Below are positions 54,934-64,000 of a stretch of 64,000 bases of DNA, piece after piece. Under the pieces are notes generated by a model that worked only from the letters and a program-made list of their open reading frames with translations, had not been told where the DNA came from and did no database searches. The stretch covers positions 655,462-719,461 of the forward strand of contig BOKM01000001.1 in assembly GCA_016860985.1 (NCBI GenBank). Reading direction: 5' to 3'. Positions within the stretch are counted from its first letter, which is position 1, and each line of letters begins with the position of its first letter. Made by a program: the position numbers and the translations under genes. The stretch is from Patescibacteria group bacterium. Lineage in GTDB: Bacteria; Patescibacteriota; Dojkabacteria; GCA-002793355.

Positions 54934-55400
54934 AAAATTCTGAATAGTCCCCATAACGCAACAGCTACAACTCCTCCGAACTTGAGGATTACACTCACCA
55001 AAAATCCAAGAAAAGCACCGAACCCTGCCTTGCTTGCATTTGAAAGATCTTTCTTTGCTATTACGACTTCCAAAAGTGTGGCTCCAAGAAAGGGTCCGAT
55101 CAACATGCCTACTGGACCTCCAATGATAACTCCACCGATTCCACCGAGTATTGCACCTACAATCCCCCATTTAGAAGAACCAAAACGGCTTGCTCCAAGT
55201 GGAGTGATAAAGTTGTCGAGCAGTGAGATAACCAACGAGATGAGTGCAAGTACAATAAGTTGTGTTGTGGTAAAAACAGTAAACCCCGTAGACATGCTGT
55301 GAAGAAGAAATGCACCCCACACAAACCAAATACCAGGCAAGTTAAACAACGAAAGCAATATTCCAGAAAGAATAAGAAGAACAATAATGATATTAAGCAT
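54930..55400 (-). CDS. DUF456-family membrane protein
   Basis: LPG, G.SKWG..GA.LGG..G, GPFLGA.L.E. Confidence 0.85.
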   Translation of the reverse strand: MLNIIIVLLILSGILLSLFNLPGIWFVWGAFLLHSMSTGFTVFTTTQLIVLALISLVISLLDNFITPLGASRFGSSKWGIVGAILGGIGGVIIGGPVGMLIGPFLGATLLEVVIAKKDLSNASKAGFGAFLGFLVSVILKFGGVVAVALWGLFRIF

Positions 55401-55450
55401 AAGTAAATTATAACACCCCTAACAGTGAGGTTTTGTGATATAATGACGGC

Positions 55451-56590
55451 ATGAAATCAATCGGAATTGTAGGGCTTCCTAACGTAGGTAAATCAACCTT
55501 GTTTAACGTAATTGCCAAGCTTGCAGTTCCTGCTGAGAACTTTCCTTTTTGTACGATTGATAAAAATGTAGGTATTGTTGAATACCGCGATGAACGAATC
55601 CTTAACCTTGCAAAGCTCTTTCAGTCGAACGAAATTTTTCCTGCTGTAATCCAATTTGTTGATATTGCAGGTTTAGTGAAAGGTGCCTCTAAAGGCGAAG
55701 GTTTAGGAAATCAATTTTTGTCTCATATTCGCGAAGTCGACCTTGTGATGTATCTACTCCGGGCTTTTCCTGATAAGCAAGTTACACATGTGTATGACCG
55801 AATCGACCCCAAAAAGGACTTTGAAGATGTTTTGACCGAGCTTATTCTTAAGGATGTTGAAACGGTAGAAAAAAAGATTGTGGCAATGGGTAAAGATGTC
55901 CGTTCCGGTAAAGACGACAAGGTTAAAGTTCAGCACGATGCGTTGCAAAAATTATTAAAGCAACTACTCGAAGGAAAGACCGCCTATCGCTTTAAAAATG
56001 ACCCAGAAAACAAATCAAACGAAGCAATTCGACAAATTATCCATGATATCTTTTTATTGACCTCTAAGCCCTTTTTGGTTGTACTCAATATTTCGTATAT
56101 AGATATGAGTGAACCAGCATATGTTGAGAAAGTAGCTCAGTGGAAAAAGGAAGTAATCGAGTTTGCCGACTTTGCTTTTGGACCAGATGTTGTTGGTGAT
56201 GTTGCGTTTATCGATTCTAAATTCCTAGCAGATATTCAAAGCTTCTCGGCCGAAGAGTTAGATGAAATGAAAAAAGATCTTTCGTATTTTTGCGATGTGC
56301 AAACATTAATTGAAATTGCAAAAAAGAAGCTTCACTTTATCAATTTTTATGTTGGAAACGAGAAAGATACACGAAGTTGGTTCCTTACCGAAGGTGATAC
56401 AGCAGTTGATGCTGCGGCCTGTATTCATACAAGTATTGCAGAAAAGTTTGTTCGCGCACAGATAACGAATGCAGGAGATATTCTTTCACTTGGTGGTTTT
56501 AACGAAGTAAAAGCAGCGGGTAAATTGCAAACAGTAGGCAAAACCTACGTGATGCAAGACGGTGACTATATCAATGTGCTGACGAGCTGA
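55451..56590 (+). CDS. ychF: Obg-family ATPase YchF
   Basis: GIVGLPNVGKST, NFPFCTI, VDIAGLVKGA, GLGNQFLSHIRE, TGS C-terminus. Confidence 0.95.
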   Translation: MKSIGIVGLPNVGKSTLFNVIAKLAVPAENFPFCTIDKNVGIVEYRDERILNLAKLFQSNEIFPAVIQFVDIAGLVKGASKGEGLGNQFLSHIREVDLVMYLLRAFPDKQVTHVYDRIDPKKDFEDVLTELILKDVETVEKKIVAMGKDVRSGKDDKVKVQHDALQKLLKQLLEGKTAYRFKNDPENKSNEAIRQIIHDIFLLTSKPFLVVLNISYIDMSEPAYVEKVAQWKKEVIEFADFAFGPDVVGDVAFIDSKFLADIQSFSAEELDEMKKDLSYFCDVQTLIEIAKKKLHFINFYVGNEKDTRSWFLTEGDTAVDAAACIHTSIAEKFVRAQITNAGDILSLGGFNEVKAAGKLQTVGKTYVMQDGDYINVLTS

Positions 56591-56629
56591 GCTAGGGAAC
56601 GCAATTTTCATGAGGTATAATTGGTAGTT

Positions 56630-57391
56630 ATGAAGCATATTACCTTTGTTGCAGATGATTTCGGTTTGACAAAAAGTGTAAATAGTGGGATTCTTGATGC
56701 CTACAAGAAAGGTTCCATTCAAGGTATCGCAATCATGATTATGGCAGACGAAACTGAAGAGGCCATTCAAATGATTAAAGATAACAGCATCAATGAAGTG
56801 GGAATTCATACTTCGCTTTTTTCCTTTAAGAGTGCAGAACGTAAACAGAGGAGTGATTTTATCGAATTCTTTAGAAATGCAAGTGACGAACAAGTAAAGG
56901 AGGCAGTATACAAGGAATTCGCTCTATATGAATCATTACTTGGTCAAAAACCAACATTCATCGCTCCTCAGTGGAATATGCATGGTAATCTTCGAGTATT
57001 AAAATACGTCGCGGAGTATGCCATTTTACATAATATTCCGGTTCGTATCCCACGAGCTGTACTAGTTGTTGAAGAGATTACAGACAAGAACTACTCTGCA
57101 GAAATATACCTTAAACGTTTGGGCGTTCGTATGCCGACACATCTTTTTGCCCATATTTTAGGTAGTGATGCGTCGGAAATAAAACACGCGTTAATTGAAG
57201 AACTGTCGACTGTCAAAGACGGAGATAGCGTAGAAGTAATATTTCACCCAGGGTACCTTGATAAAGAACTACTTGATATATCGTCGTTGAACTATGAACG
57301 TGTACGAGATATGAATATTCTTTTTGATGACGAATTTATGAATAATGTGAAAGCGTTAGGGTTTACATTTGTGCCATTTACCAACTTATGA
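56630..57391 (+). CDS. YdjC/ChbG-like carbohydrate deacetylase
   Basis: ADDFG..SVN.GI, VGIH, HPGY. Confidence 0.82.
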   Translation: MKHITFVADDFGLTKSVNSGILDAYKKGSIQGIAIMIMADETEEAIQMIKDNSINEVGIHTSLFSFKSAERKQRSDFIEFFRNASDEQVKEAVYKEFALYESLLGQKPTFIAPQWNMHGNLRVLKYVAEYAILHNIPVRIPRAVLVVEEITDKNYSAEIYLKRLGVRMPTHLFAHILGSDASEIKHALIEELSTVKDGDSVEVIFHPGYLDKELLDISSLNYERVRDMNILFDDEFMNNVKALGFTFVPFTNL

Positions 57392-58197
57392 AAAAACAAT
57401 TAATTATCACGGGCCACGATCTCGGTTTTTCTGAATCAGTAAATGAAGGATTCGAATATATAAGGGTTTCGGGCAAAAAGGTATTTTCGGAGCTTTCCTT
57501 ATTGCCAAACGGTTTTGCAAGTAACACGGCAATTGATATTGCGAAATCGTTTGAATTACCCGTAAATCTTTGTTTTTGTTTAACAAATTCGAAGTTCAAA
57601 GCGTTAACAGGTCCAAGTTCGCTAACTACTGAAGATGGATACCTAAAAAATGCAGACACCAAGAATTGGGATTTCTCTGTGATTGACGCTTTTGATCCAG
57701 TAGATATCGAAAAGGAATTGATTGCGCAATACGAGTGGTTTGTTACAAACATGGGAAGAAAACCGTCTGCTCTTGTTGCGCAGAAGGGGGAGTATGGCGA
57801 CCCTAAGGTACTTGAGCCTTTTGTTACATTAGCAAAAAAAGAAAACCTTCCCGTTCGTGCACCTTGGTGGAGGTGGAAGACAAACTACGGAGCACAGTCT
57901 TTTGTAGAAGCTGAAGGTATCACAACTACGCAGGGAATATTTATGGGTATCAAGGACTGGAGAGGACGGTTAGGCTACGATTTGGAAGTTGATTTGGAAC
58001 AATTACTGCATGACATAGATAGTAATGAAGGAGTATCCGAGCTTATTCTATTTGTTGGTTTTTGTAGTAAAGAAATGTTCGCTATGTCGAGTGTTTCGTG
58101 GCAACGTGGGCAATTACTAAATATTGTAAAACGAAAATATCACATCATTGAACGACTGTTCGATGAATTCGATATTATTGGATTTTCAGGTATATAA
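57388..58197 (+). CDS. YdjC/ChbG-like protein, degenerate active site
   Basis: LIITGHDLG..VNEG, EKEL.AQ..F...G.KPS; ATGA overlap with the upstream paralog. Confidence 0.72.
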   Translation: MKKQLIITGHDLGFSESVNEGFEYIRVSGKKVFSELSLLPNGFASNTAIDIAKSFELPVNLCFCLTNSKFKALTGPSSLTTEDGYLKNADTKNWDFSVIDAFDPVDIEKELIAQYEWFVTNMGRKPSALVAQKGEYGDPKVLEPFVTLAKKENLPVRAPWWRWKTNYGAQSFVEAEGITTTQGIFMGIKDWRGRLGYDLEVDLEQLLHDIDSNEGVSELILFVGFCSKEMFAMSSVSWQRGQLLNIVKRKYHIIERLFDEFDIIGFSGI

Positions 58198-58203
58198 CGG
58201 TAA

Positions 58204-58686
58204 CTATTTTTCCACTACCGACACAAGAAAATCGACGAGTTCCTTTTTGAATGAAGGAAATTCTCTCTGTGCATTGTAGTTTTTAAGGGCAGTCGTAAAT
58301 TCGTTGTAAGTATATGCAATTGGCAAATTAAGTTCAGGTCCGGCGACTTGGCAAAAATCAAGCTGATGTCCATCCAGATGTTCTTTTCTCATCGGATCTC
58401 GTGGTACGATAATTGGGACTTTTTTTAAATCAACGAGGTCAAGTACGTTACCAATTCCTGCATGAACAATCGAAATTCGAGCTTCTTTGAACTCTGCCAT
58501 CTGTTGTTGAAAGGGCACTGTTGAAACCATGATAATATTTTTGTGCCGTGGTTTGTACGTGGTTGCTCCTGATTGTACTAAAATCTCTTCTTTTTCTGGT
58601 AATAAGCCATCGTCAATTGCTTGATCCAGCCATTCCATAAGGCGAGTAAATTGGAACTTTTCCGTGCCGAGTGCGACTTTGATCAT
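58204..58686 (-). CDS. Alg13/PssE/CpsG-like glycosyltransferase catalytic subunit
   Basis: V.LGT..F.RL, HAG.G, VPR....EH.D.HQ. Confidence 0.88.
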   Translation of the reverse strand: MIKVALGTEKFQFTRLMEWLDQAIDDGLLPEKEEILVQSGATTYKPRHKNIIMVSTVPFQQQMAEFKEARISIVHAGIGNVLDLVDLKKVPIIVPRDPMRKEHLDGHQLDFCQVAGPELNLPIAYTYNEFTTALKNYNAQREFPSFKKELVDFLVSVVEK

Positions 58687-59168
58687 AGAACTTTTCCTTT
58701 ATAAAGTAATCTGGAGTGCAAACGAGTGTTATTTGGCCATTGTGTTAGGCGAATGTGAGAGAAAAAGTACACTAATTTCATAGAAAAAGACATGCCAATG
58801 GTACGGGTGAGTGAATCAATAAAAATTGTTTTTGTCTTTAAAAAAGGAGAGAAAAGCCAGCCAAGCCAAATATAAGGAACGCCAACACCAGCTCCCGTAC
58901 TCAGAATGTGAGTGTATTTACCTGAGAACACAATTTTGAGTGCAAGAAATGTATTTTTGATATTGTTTGGAAAGTTAGGAAAATTGGTAGGGAACGGTGC
59001 CCAAATTACATTTTTTTCATCTTTGAGTTGGCCTGGACCATTACCATTTGGAAAGGTCACCCAAGTATGATCGTATCGGCTCCAAAAGTCTTTTAACTCA
59101 TACATCTGTTTAAGGTGGCCTCCTGTTGAGCAAACAAGGAGGAGATGTGGTTTTTTCTCTGCTTGCAT
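58683..59168 (-). CDS. Alg14/PssD/CpsF-like glycosyltransferase partner subunit
   Basis: CSTGGHL, WVTF, STGAGV.VP, FIDS..R, QW. Confidence 0.9.
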   Translation of the reverse strand: MQAEKKPHLLLVCSTGGHLKQMYELKDFWSRYDHTWVTFPNGNGPGQLKDEKNVIWAPFPTNFPNFPNNIKNTFLALKIVFSGKYTHILSTGAGVGVPYIWLGWLFSPFLKTKTIFIDSLTRTIGMSFSMKLVYFFSHIRLTQWPNNTRLHSRLLYKGKVL

Positions 59169-59186
59169 TATAACGAGTATAACATG

Positions 59187-61478
59187 TTATGGGTGTGCGT
59201 AGAGTTGCTCGAGTTTTGTAATGTGATCTGAATAATTGTAATTCAGCGCACTCTTTTGAGCTGCAACCTGCATTGTATGAAGAAGCTTTCTATCGACAGC
59301 GAGTTTAACGATGGCGTCGGCAAATCCTTGTGCATCGTCTGGAGCAAAGCGAAATCCTGTTTTTCCATCGGTTACTAAGTCGTTTAGCCCGCCAACTGCA
59401 CTAGTAATTGCGGTTAACCCATTAATATAAGCTTCTAGAACAACAATTCCAAAACTCTCGTAAAGTGAGGGAAGTAGGAATATATGTGCGTTACTGTAAA
59501 CGTTTGTAATTTCTTCGTGTGGAACCTGTCCGACAAGATTGACACAATCGCCAACATCATAGGTTAAAATTTCACGAAGTATCTTTGTTTTCTCGGGTCC
59601 ATCGCCGACGATGTCAATAGAAAAGGGTATGTTCTGTTCTTTAATAAGTGCAGCAATTTTGGGAATAATGTGAAGATTCTTGACAGATGCAAGACGCGAT
59701 ACTGTAACAATTTTAAGTGGCTCTTTCTGGGTCGTTGCTTTTACCTCTCTCAATTTTGAAGGAATAGTGATCGCATTGGGTAATACGTGCCATTTCGAGC
59801 AGGCCTCTTGTAATCCGTACTGTGAAAATACATCGGAAATCTGCGTCAATAAGGTTTGGGAAACGACGGCGACTGTGTTGCATCGATTAAAAACCGTTCG
59901 GAGTAACCATCTGCCACCAGTTCTCTTTAATATTTTCTCAAAAAATTTTGGAGCTTCTCCGCTATGGAGGTGAAGTATTGTTTTGTCGGCAAACCAAGAG
60001 AGGTCAAAAAGTATGATTGCCTTTCGAATAAAACTCCCACCTGTTGCCATGTGGAGGTGGATAACACTTCTTTGACCTTTCAGGACATTAAGCAGCAGAT
60101 TAGTTGCAAGCAACACATAACTTCGAGTAAATGCCTGCACGGTGTTTCGTAATGGTCCGTCGGTATGGGTTGGAAGAATTTTTATAGAAATAGTATCTTT
60201 TGCTTGAGCTGTGGTTTCTTTTATATATGTTGCAATTCCACCCATTGCAGTACTTCCAAGAAAATATACTTGTGGTTTGGTGGTTTTATTTTTTTTGCCA
60301 AGTGCAAAAAGCATTGCCCAGTAAGTCGCAAGAAAGGTTGAGTACACTACATGTCCTGTAATAATGCTTAGCGCCAGGAGCAGAATGTTGATACTTAAGA
60401 TAAACCTATCTGCAGGCGTGCGTGTTTTGTATGATGTAAGCGCAGTTATCCAACAGGCATAATATGCAATTGAGAATATCCCAAAGGTAAAAAGTAAATC
60501 GACTGGGTCGACTTCTATAGTTTTTAACCGATTCATGTAGGGAATCATTCCTTGCTGTGCTCCAAGATATCCTTTTCCAACAATCTTCTCTACAATAGAG
60601 TAGTCGTTTGCATACATCGTAAACCCGAATTTAAGATGTTTATCCCTCTCGCTAAAGACTGCGGCAACAATACCACTTCGCTCACTTATTTCTTTTACTC
60701 TTACAAAGAACTGTGGTGATGTAATTGAGAGTACCCACATGCCTGCGAGGAAAATAACAAGAGTCGCTACGGTTGCACCTATCTTTTTGGTAAGGGAAAA
60801 TCCATTAATTTTTGAAAATATAGGTTTCGCATAGAGAATAAGAGGAAGAAGCACAGTTAAAAGTGGGAGACCAAACAATAAGGACTTCATTCCTTGTAGT
60901 GGTCCGAGTATCAACAGTACAACGCTAAAGGCAAGGGCAGGTATCTTCTTACCATCTGTGTAAAGCAAATATAGAATCGTTGCAGAAGTTACAAGTAGGG
61001 TTAATGCCATTTCGTTGCCCGAATAGAAAAAACCTTTGTATCCATAGCCCAGTGCATATTGAGTAAACCCAAGCCCAACGTAACCAAGTAGAATGTTTAC
61101 AACAATTGTTACCCACGCTATTGCATTTGCCCAAAAAATGAAAGTAGAGGTTGCATACCTCAGGAGAAAAATAAGTGGAATGATGTAGGTTACCTTAACG
61201 ACAAACAGAAGATCTTGTGCAATCGCATTTCCAGAGGAATTAGCACCAGTTAAGACATGGATAAAAACAAAAAGTAACCCCAGTGCAACAGAAAACAAGT
61301 AATACGCTCTCTCTTTCCTTGTGAGTAATACAAAACTAAGGGCAAGAACGGCACCTTTGTATACCTGTCCGACGTTTCCTAAAAAGACATTATCCCTAAT
61401 TAAATTGGCGTTAAGTAATTCAATGAATGGTGTAAGGCAGATAAGTATAAAAAAAAGTGCTAATAATTTTTGTTTCAT
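59187..61478 (-). CDS. Wzy/O-antigen-ligase-like membrane domain fused to a GT4 glycosyltransferase
   Basis: About 390 aa of polytopic TM (GFFYSGNE, GKG, E.DPVDL..FG), then GGI, HLH, VGDGP, ESFGIVVLEA. Confidence 0.82.
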   Translation of the reverse strand: MKQKLLALFFILICLTPFIELLNANLIRDNVFLGNVGQVYKGAVLALSFVLLTRKERAYYLFSVALGLLFVFIHVLTGANSSGNAIAQDLLFVVKVTYIIPLIFLLRYATSTFIFWANAIAWVTIVVNILLGYVGLGFTQYALGYGYKGFFYSGNEMALTLLVTSATILYLLYTDGKKIPALAFSVVLLILGPLQGMKSLLFGLPLLTVLLPLILYAKPIFSKINGFSLTKKIGATVATLVIFLAGMWVLSITSPQFFVRVKEISERSGIVAAVFSERDKHLKFGFTMYANDYSIVEKIVGKGYLGAQQGMIPYMNRLKTIEVDPVDLLFTFGIFSIAYYACWITALTSYKTRTPADRFILSINILLLALSIITGHVVYSTFLATYWAMLFALGKKNKTTKPQVYFLGSTAMGGIATYIKETTAQAKDTISIKILPTHTDGPLRNTVQAFTRSYVLLATNLLLNVLKGQRSVIHLHMATGGSFIRKAIILFDLSWFADKTILHLHSGEAPKFFEKILKRTGGRWLLRTVFNRCNTVAVVSQTLLTQISDVFSQYGLQEACSKWHVLPNAITIPSKLREVKATTQKEPLKIVTVSRLASVKNLHIIPKIAALIKEQNIPFSIDIVGDGPEKTKILREILTYDVGDCVNLVGQVPHEEITNVYSNAHIFLLPSLYESFGIVVLEAYINGLTAITSAVGGLNDLVTDGKTGFRFAPDDAQGFADAIVKLAVDRKLLHTMQVAAQKSALNYNYSDHITKLEQLYAHP

Positions 61479-62272
61479 TTTTCCGTAAGCTTCTGCCTCA
61501 GTTTAAAAATCTTTCGAACAATCGATGTTGGAAGTAAACTCCGTAATTTCAGATTAAAAGCACTCTTTGCCGTGTATGCCGAATGTAGTAAATGGTGCAA
61601 TCTGTTGTTATCGTAGCGCTTTTTTATCTGTCCAACTTTTTTTAGTCCTTCAATTCTTTTTGCATCGGACATCCCTCCGGCATCGAGTTTTGCAACAGAA
61701 ACGGGTATCGTTTCAAAACTGTGCCCAAGAGAGTAGAGTTTATATACCTGATCATAATCTGCAGCAGGCAGCATACTCAAATCAAAGGGATATTGTTGCG
61801 CGAGTGAGGTTCGTTGAAACATTGCTTGGTGACAAAACGGCATATGTTGCCACATTGTAGAAACTGGGTTCGCCTTAAGTGTTTTTGTAACTCCCCAATC
61901 AAAATTCATAAGTGCTGTACCATAGACTACATCTGCGCTTGTTCTTTCAAGATACGGTGCAACTCGTTCAAAAACTTGGGTGTCAATCAGTTGGTCATCG
62001 CTTTGGAGGTAATAAATCCACTCTCCTTTGGCGTGCGAGGCAGCGATATTCATGGCATCGTACAGGTTTTTATCTGGAGATGATTCAAAATATGTGAGAG
62101 CTTTGTGATACTTCGCAATTTTTTCTACCGTTGTGTCAGTCGAATTACCATCTTTAATTAAATATTCAAAATTTGTAAATGATTGGCCAAGAACACTGTT
62201 GATACATCGCTCAATTACATTTTCACGGTTTCTTACAACGGTAACGACAGAGATAAGTGGTCGGCTATTCAC
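61475..62272 (-). CDS. GT2 glycosyltransferase (WcaE-like)
   Basis: ISVVTVV.N, DGNSTD.T, YDAMN, SDD, HQA, ADYD. Confidence 0.9.
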   Translation of the reverse strand: MNSRPLISVVTVVRNRENVIERCINSVLGQSFTNFEYLIKDGNSTDTTVEKIAKYHKALTYFESSPDKNLYDAMNIAASHAKGEWIYYLQSDDQLIDTQVFERVAPYLERTSADVVYGTALMNFDWGVTKTLKANPVSTMWQHMPFCHQAMFQRTSLAQQYPFDLSMLPAADYDQVYKLYSLGHSFETIPVSVAKLDAGGMSDAKRIEGLKKVGQIKKRYDNNRLHHLLHSAYTAKSAFNLKLRSLLPTSIVRKIFKLRQKLTEK

Positions 62273-63470
62273 CTTTTGCAGCGATTATTTTATCCAAAGC
62301 AAAGGAAAGTTCTTCAATATAGTTCTGTTTGGAGTGTGCCGTGTAAAAGTGCTTGTGTGCAGCTTTTGCCATAGTTTCGAGTTTTTCGGTTGAGAGTGCT
62401 TGTGCGTTCTTAATCGCTTTTTCAAGTGCGTCTTCTGTAATTGCGGAGAGGGGTACAACATATGAAGCGTTATCCTCTAATCCGCTTTCTGCTGTCGCAA
62501 TTGGAATAAGTGCTGAGTTTGTACAGGCATTAATGACAGAAGTGGGGCATCCTTCGCTGGCAGAAGGGGAGAGAAAGAATGCGCATCGATCAAGAATCTT
62601 CAGATATTCGGGTGAACTCATATCAACAAAACCTAACTGTTTAATGTTGGGCAACTTGAGTGTTTTTTCAAAGAATTTCAAAAATCGGGGTTCTCTTGTA
62701 AGTGGACCTGCTAGATAGAGTGTCCATTCTGGATTTTTTGCAAAAAGCTCTAATACAACGTCAATGCCTTTGTGAATTAGCCCTGCCGCCGGAAAAGTGC
62801 AGAAATTAAGTTTTGCCTTATCCCAATCTTTTGCTACTGAGAGGGTATCTTTGCTATCTCGAAAAATAAAGTTGATGTTGTGCAGTGGGTAAATTGGACC
62901 ACTAAAATCTTGCTTGTAGCTCTGATGAATGGTGCTGTTTCCGTAAGCAACAATTGCGTCTACAGCTTGGGTTTGAAGTGGATAAGCATTCGCCTCTATT
63001 CTCGCCGATTCTGGCAACCATACGCCATATTTCTCTTTGAATGCGACAAGCCTTTCAACCGTTTTTGAGTTGTGTGCAGCAGTATTCATTATTGTGCCGT
63101 AAAAGATTCGGATTGCCTTTGAATTTTGGCTATAGCTGTTGTTAAAGGGCTCTCCGAAACCGATAATCACGTCATATTCTGTAAAATCATAACGGCGTGA
63201 GTCTCTAAAATCCATGATATCGACGGTGTAATCACGTGTATCAAGTAGCTTGGCAATTTCAAGCACGTATTGAGAATTATTGTGTTTATAACTAATTCCT
63301 AGTTTAAAAGGGGCGGTGATATACGAAATGAGCGCTTTCTTTTCAGATTGTCGCTTAAAAAGGTTGTATATCGGTTTTTCGGTGCGGTAGATAAATCGTT
63401 TTGCTTTTGCAATCCCCTTGGCGTAGTACTCACTCAGTTTTTTATCAATTCGGAGCATATTATTTTTCAA
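62265..63470 (-). CDS. Glycosyltransferase (GT-B/GT4-like)
   Basis: HKG.D, PS.SEG..TSV; located in the polysaccharide cluster. Confidence 0.78.
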   Translation of the reverse strand: MKNNMLRIDKKLSEYYAKGIAKAKRFIYRTEKPIYNLFKRQSEKKALISYITAPFKLGISYKHNNSQYVLEIAKLLDTRDYTVDIMDFRDSRRYDFTEYDVIIGFGEPFNNSYSQNSKAIRIFYGTIMNTAAHNSKTVERLVAFKEKYGVWLPESARIEANAYPLQTQAVDAIVAYGNSTIHQSYKQDFSGPIYPLHNINFIFRDSKDTLSVAKDWDKAKLNFCTFPAAGLIHKGIDVVLELFAKNPEWTLYLAGPLTREPRFLKFFEKTLKLPNIKQLGFVDMSSPEYLKILDRCAFFLSPSASEGCPTSVINACTNSALIPIATAESGLEDNASYVVPLSAITEDALEKAIKNAQALSTEKLETMAKAAHKHFYTAHSKQNYIEELSFALDKIIAAKGE

Positions 63471-63999
63471 GAATGAATTTAATATTTTTTGGTGTAGGAA
63501 AAATACTTTGAAGCTCTATCCAGAAGATCTTTCTTGTTCGTGAGTCAAGTAAATTGGCAAAAAAACCTGGGTAAGTGTAGGCGATAAGTGTTGCCCAGGC
63601 AGCTCCTACCGCTCCATATTTTGGAACGAGAAGAATATTTAAAACTATATTAAGTGCTGCGGTCATAAATGTTCGGGCGACCTGAACTTTTTGCAATCGT
63701 TCATTTACTAACCAAATATCAACAATAAGCCCCATCGATATAAAGGGAAGTGACCAAATATGAACCTGCAAGGCTGGAAGTGCCGTGCTGTATTTTTCAC
63801 CCGCGTACAGTGAAATAGCGAGTGGACCGATAAGAAAGGTAAACGCTGCAATAACAAAAGTAACAAGGTTAATGAGTACTAAACTTTTTCTGATTCGTTT
63901 TTCGTAAATATCAGGAGTCTTGCTTTTTGCCTCGGCAATAAGTGGCGCGAGTGCTGTACTTACAGAATAAGGAACAAAATACCAAAGTTCCGAGAGACG
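63460..63999 (-). CDS. wzx: Wzx flippase (5'-truncated by the window)
   Basis: Frame open to the window end (RLSELWYFVP...LQVHIW...LNI.LN.LLVPKYGAVGAAWAT). Confidence 0.85.
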   Translation of the reverse strand, partial: RLSELWYFVPYSVSTALAPLIAEAKSKTPDIYEKRIRKSLVLINLVTFVIAAFTFLIGPLAISLYAGEKYSTALPALQVHIWSLPFISMGLIVDIWLVNERLQKVQVARTFMTAALNIVLNILLVPKYGAVGAAWATLIAYTYPGFFANLLDSRTRKIFWIELQSIFPTPKNIKFILEK

Positions 64000-64000
64000 G

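Overview
Chromosomal window from a small-genome bacterium. Gene content (PEGA-domain protein, FemAB-like proteins, LysM-M23 protein, short Jag, archaeal-type AMP phosphorylase and ribose-1,5-bisphosphate isomerase) suggests a CPR/Patescibacteria lineage, possibly Dojkabacteria-like; this is inference. Genetic code 11 fits, since TGA acts as a stop in ATGA overlaps. The first 11.5 kb is the 3' part of a giant (>3800 aa) surface protein with 341-aa Gly-rich repeats, three LamG domains and FN3/Ig modules. It is followed by tRNA-Lys(CTT), whose 3' end is duplicated around a structured 111-nt insert. Housekeeping genes include mreB, rplJ-rplL with an L10 leader, dnaX-dnaE-dnaA with no dnaN, cca, rpsT, jag, cysS, rpsA, clpC-radA, rho and ychF. 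There is also a nucleotide-salvage set (AMP phosphorylase, beta-CASP RNase, R15P isomerase) and a convergent Wzx-type polysaccharide cluster. Main hunt results: the tRNA-linked structured mini-element; a promoter- and terminator-bounded structured RNA upstream of rho; pervasive leaderless promoter architecture, which also exposes two unannotated small membrane proteins; an AEC transporter split by a single in-frame TGA; and several degenerate or fused enzymes. No CRISPR array, transposase, integrase, reverse transcriptase or rRNA was seen.
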